Below are positions 61,850-64,000 of a stretch of 64,000 nt of DNA, one piece after another; within the stretch, counting starts at the first letter, position 1, and each line of letters opens with the position of its first letter. A program made the position numbers and the translations under genes. Origin of the DNA: Squalus acanthias (Eukaryota); assembly GCA_030390025.1 (NCBI GenBank), contig CM059427.1, positions 134,974,001-135,038,000 on the forward strand, read 5' to 3'. Below the pieces are notes generated by a model. That model made no database searches. It saw only the letters and a program-made list of their open reading frames with translations, and had not been told where the DNA came from.

Positions 61850-62890
61850 TAATAATAGAGTGAGTCTGGACATAGTTAGACCAAGGACAGAAATTTCACA
61901 AAATTGTTCCAGGTTGTTGCTGGAAGGTGAGAAACACTTGAAGCAGTCAAGTCACAGGTTTGAGAGGCAGAATGTGTATAAGAATAGGAAAGGGCCAAGG
62001 TTGAAATCTTGGGGCATGCCGCAAGTAACCACGTAGTCACAGAATAAGAAGCCATTGCAGGAAATGTGCTGGCTACATTGGTGCAGGTTGGGATGGGATA
62101 GGTGAAGGTAGGTATCTCCTCACTGACTTCTAGTGGCCCCCAATTCCCCAAAGCGTTAACCTCAAAATTCTCATGTACAAAATCAGCCTCAACCTCTCCA
62201 CCCTACCTCTGCAACTTCTTCCAGTTCTACATGCCAGCTTGCAACATGTGCTCTTCTGAGTCTGAACTGTGTGACCTCCTTTTATTGCTCCACCATCGGG
62301 ATCTGTCCCAGTGCTGTAGCCACAGAAGTTAGATAAGTGCAAGACGCGGGAAGAAATGAATTATGTCAGTGATGGGGAGCAAAAATGTTAATGAAAGGGA
62401 GAATGGATAGCAGTGAAAGACAAGAAAATTGATGGCAGTGAAAGAGAGGAATAGATAGCAGTGCAAGGGGCCATGGATGGGAGTGTAAAGGGTATTGGAT
62501 GCCTGTGAAAGGAGAAATGGATGGCAATGAAGAGGCGAGGGTAGGGAGAAACAGATGACAATTAAAGCGAGAGGGAAAGGGCAGAAGCTGGAACTGGTAC
62601 TTTGGGTGGAAAGAGGGAGAAGCTGGGAAGGTGGGGAGGGGGGAAATCTGGAGTGGTGCTTTGGGGTGGGGGAGGAAAAAGAATGCCAGCATTAACTGAG
62701 AATGAGTAGGAATGGAAAGAGGCAGCATGAACTGGTGGGGGTGGGGGGGGGGGGGGCGGGGGGCGGGAAGACTACCAGCATGGACTTGGCTTGTGGAAGA
62801 AAAGTACTAATGTAACTGTCGAGAGGAAGGGTGCTAGGTTGAATTGTTGAAGTAGAGAATGAAGAGTGCTAATATTAGCGGGGATAATTA
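61850..62890. mobile_element. Very old L2-like fragments in both orientations
   Basis: GMPQDFNLGPFLF (degenerate GVPQGSxLGP) on the - strand at ~61980-62020; HWPPI-like L2 3' piece on + at ~62130; purine-rich remnant beyond. Confidence 0.5.
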
Positions 62891-63842
62891 GAAAGGAGAA
62901 TGAAGTGGATTTTAACCAGGAAGGGTTTTCGGCCAGGCGGGGCACGGAGTGAATGCAAAATGCACCCACTGTCATAAATTTCAGGCCTGGGGTATTTTAA
63001 CTCCTAGGGTTCATTAACATTCGATTGGCAGGCTTTCTACCTGATCACGTCAGGATTGGGTAGCTTACCCACCTTCTGACGTAATTTCTGGCGTCCAGGA
63101 CCCTATTTAAAGTGGGAATCCACCTCTAAAGGGAGGTGCATTCATTTTTCTGATATTGCTGTTGTATTAGTGCTGCAAACTGGGCGATGATGCAGAAGCA
63201 AGTGCCCAGATTTTCTGAACAAGAATGTGCCTTCCCCTCATTGCCAATTTTACACTGACAAGCTGAGCACAAGGCACAATCCCTGTCAGAACATTAATGA
63301 ATTGTGCCCAGCCTCATTTCAATACAATTGGTACACATTATAATATTAAAATAAAGCTCTCCCTCAGAATGTGTAACAGCAATTTAGGCTGGCAGAGAAC
63401 GTCAGAATGAAGATTCAGCAATGCCGCTTTCGGAGAGCTCTGGCAATACGGATCCTTGTTCCAGTTCCCTGCCCCCACTCATTTGTTCTGCACCTCAACC
63501 AACTTCTCTGTTGGTTATAAGATTTGCCCTCAGAACAGCTGTAAAGATGTTGAAAAGGCAACTGGAATGCTATGGGTTCCTTAGCTGTTAAACATGACAT
63601 TGTTTTCAGAATACTGTACCACCTTCTATATCAATAAAAAAGAGCACAAATTGCATCCGGGTGGAGGTTTACACTCTGCCACAGTAATTCCACAAAACTG
63701 AAGATTTGATTGTATTTCACAAACAGTAAATTTGTGTTACAGGAACAATTCATTTTTCAGAAATAATTATCTACCTCATGGTTGTCAGTGTTTGTAGTTT
63801 TTAGTTACACTGCAGCTATATTTACTTGATTTTTCCTTGCAG

Positions 63843-63941
63843 TTAACCAAAGTGTTGCTGAGAAGCCAACATCTTTCTCTCTGACATCTACTGTACAGAG
63901 CACATACTCTAAGACAGCATCCAGCAAGAAAGAAGCAACAG
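63843..63941 (+). CDS. EMCN: Endomucin-like exon 6 (99 nt): (V)NQSVAEKPTSFSLTSTVQSTYSKTASSKKEAT; gene continues beyond the window
   Basis: Acceptor tttttccttgcag, donor ACAG|GTAAAG, phase 1-1, S/T-rich. Confidence 0.85.
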
Positions 63942-64000
63942 GTAAAGACTGTCACTGGATTATTACAAAGTTACAAAGTATTACAGCACAGAAACAGGCC

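Noticed and set aside
54987-63941. CD44 as the identity of the mucin exons
   Set aside because: No Cys-containing Link-domain exons were found between the leader exon and the Ser/Thr-rich exons.
1-64000. CRISPR arrays, operons or prokaryotic defence systems
   Set aside because: There is no regularly spaced repeat-spacer array, and the window is intron-containing vertebrate DNA whose repeats are explained by transposable elements.

Overview
This is eukaryotic genomic DNA, almost certainly from a cartilaginous fish (shark), judged by HE1-type V-SINEs, a SacSINE1-like DeuSINE and shark-type CR1 and Penelope repeats. Most of the window is transposable-element sequence: CR1 LINEs, a second CR1/L2-group LINE ('family B'), L2, a Tx1/L1 ORF1 fragment, Penelope-like elements with minimal hammerhead ribozymes, PIF/Harbinger transposons, many Harbinger-type MITEs with 3-bp TSDs, and probable LTR remnants. 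Hidden among these, and almost absent from the ORF track, is the 5' half of a + strand sialomucin gene, most likely endomucin (EMCN). It has a signal-peptide exon at 20104-20161, a 34.8-kb first intron and five small Ser/Thr-rich phase-1 exons between 54987 and 63941. A second, unidentified candidate exon on the - strand (1519 to 1262, ORF open to 1091) encodes a signal peptide and a KR-flanked peptide. I see no prokaryotic-type system. The best leads are the prohormone-like ORF, an apparently ORF1-less LINE sharing its head with a tRNA-type SINE, and the Penelope hammerheads. All calls were made by eye without database searches, and repeat boundaries are approximate unless a TSD is quoted.
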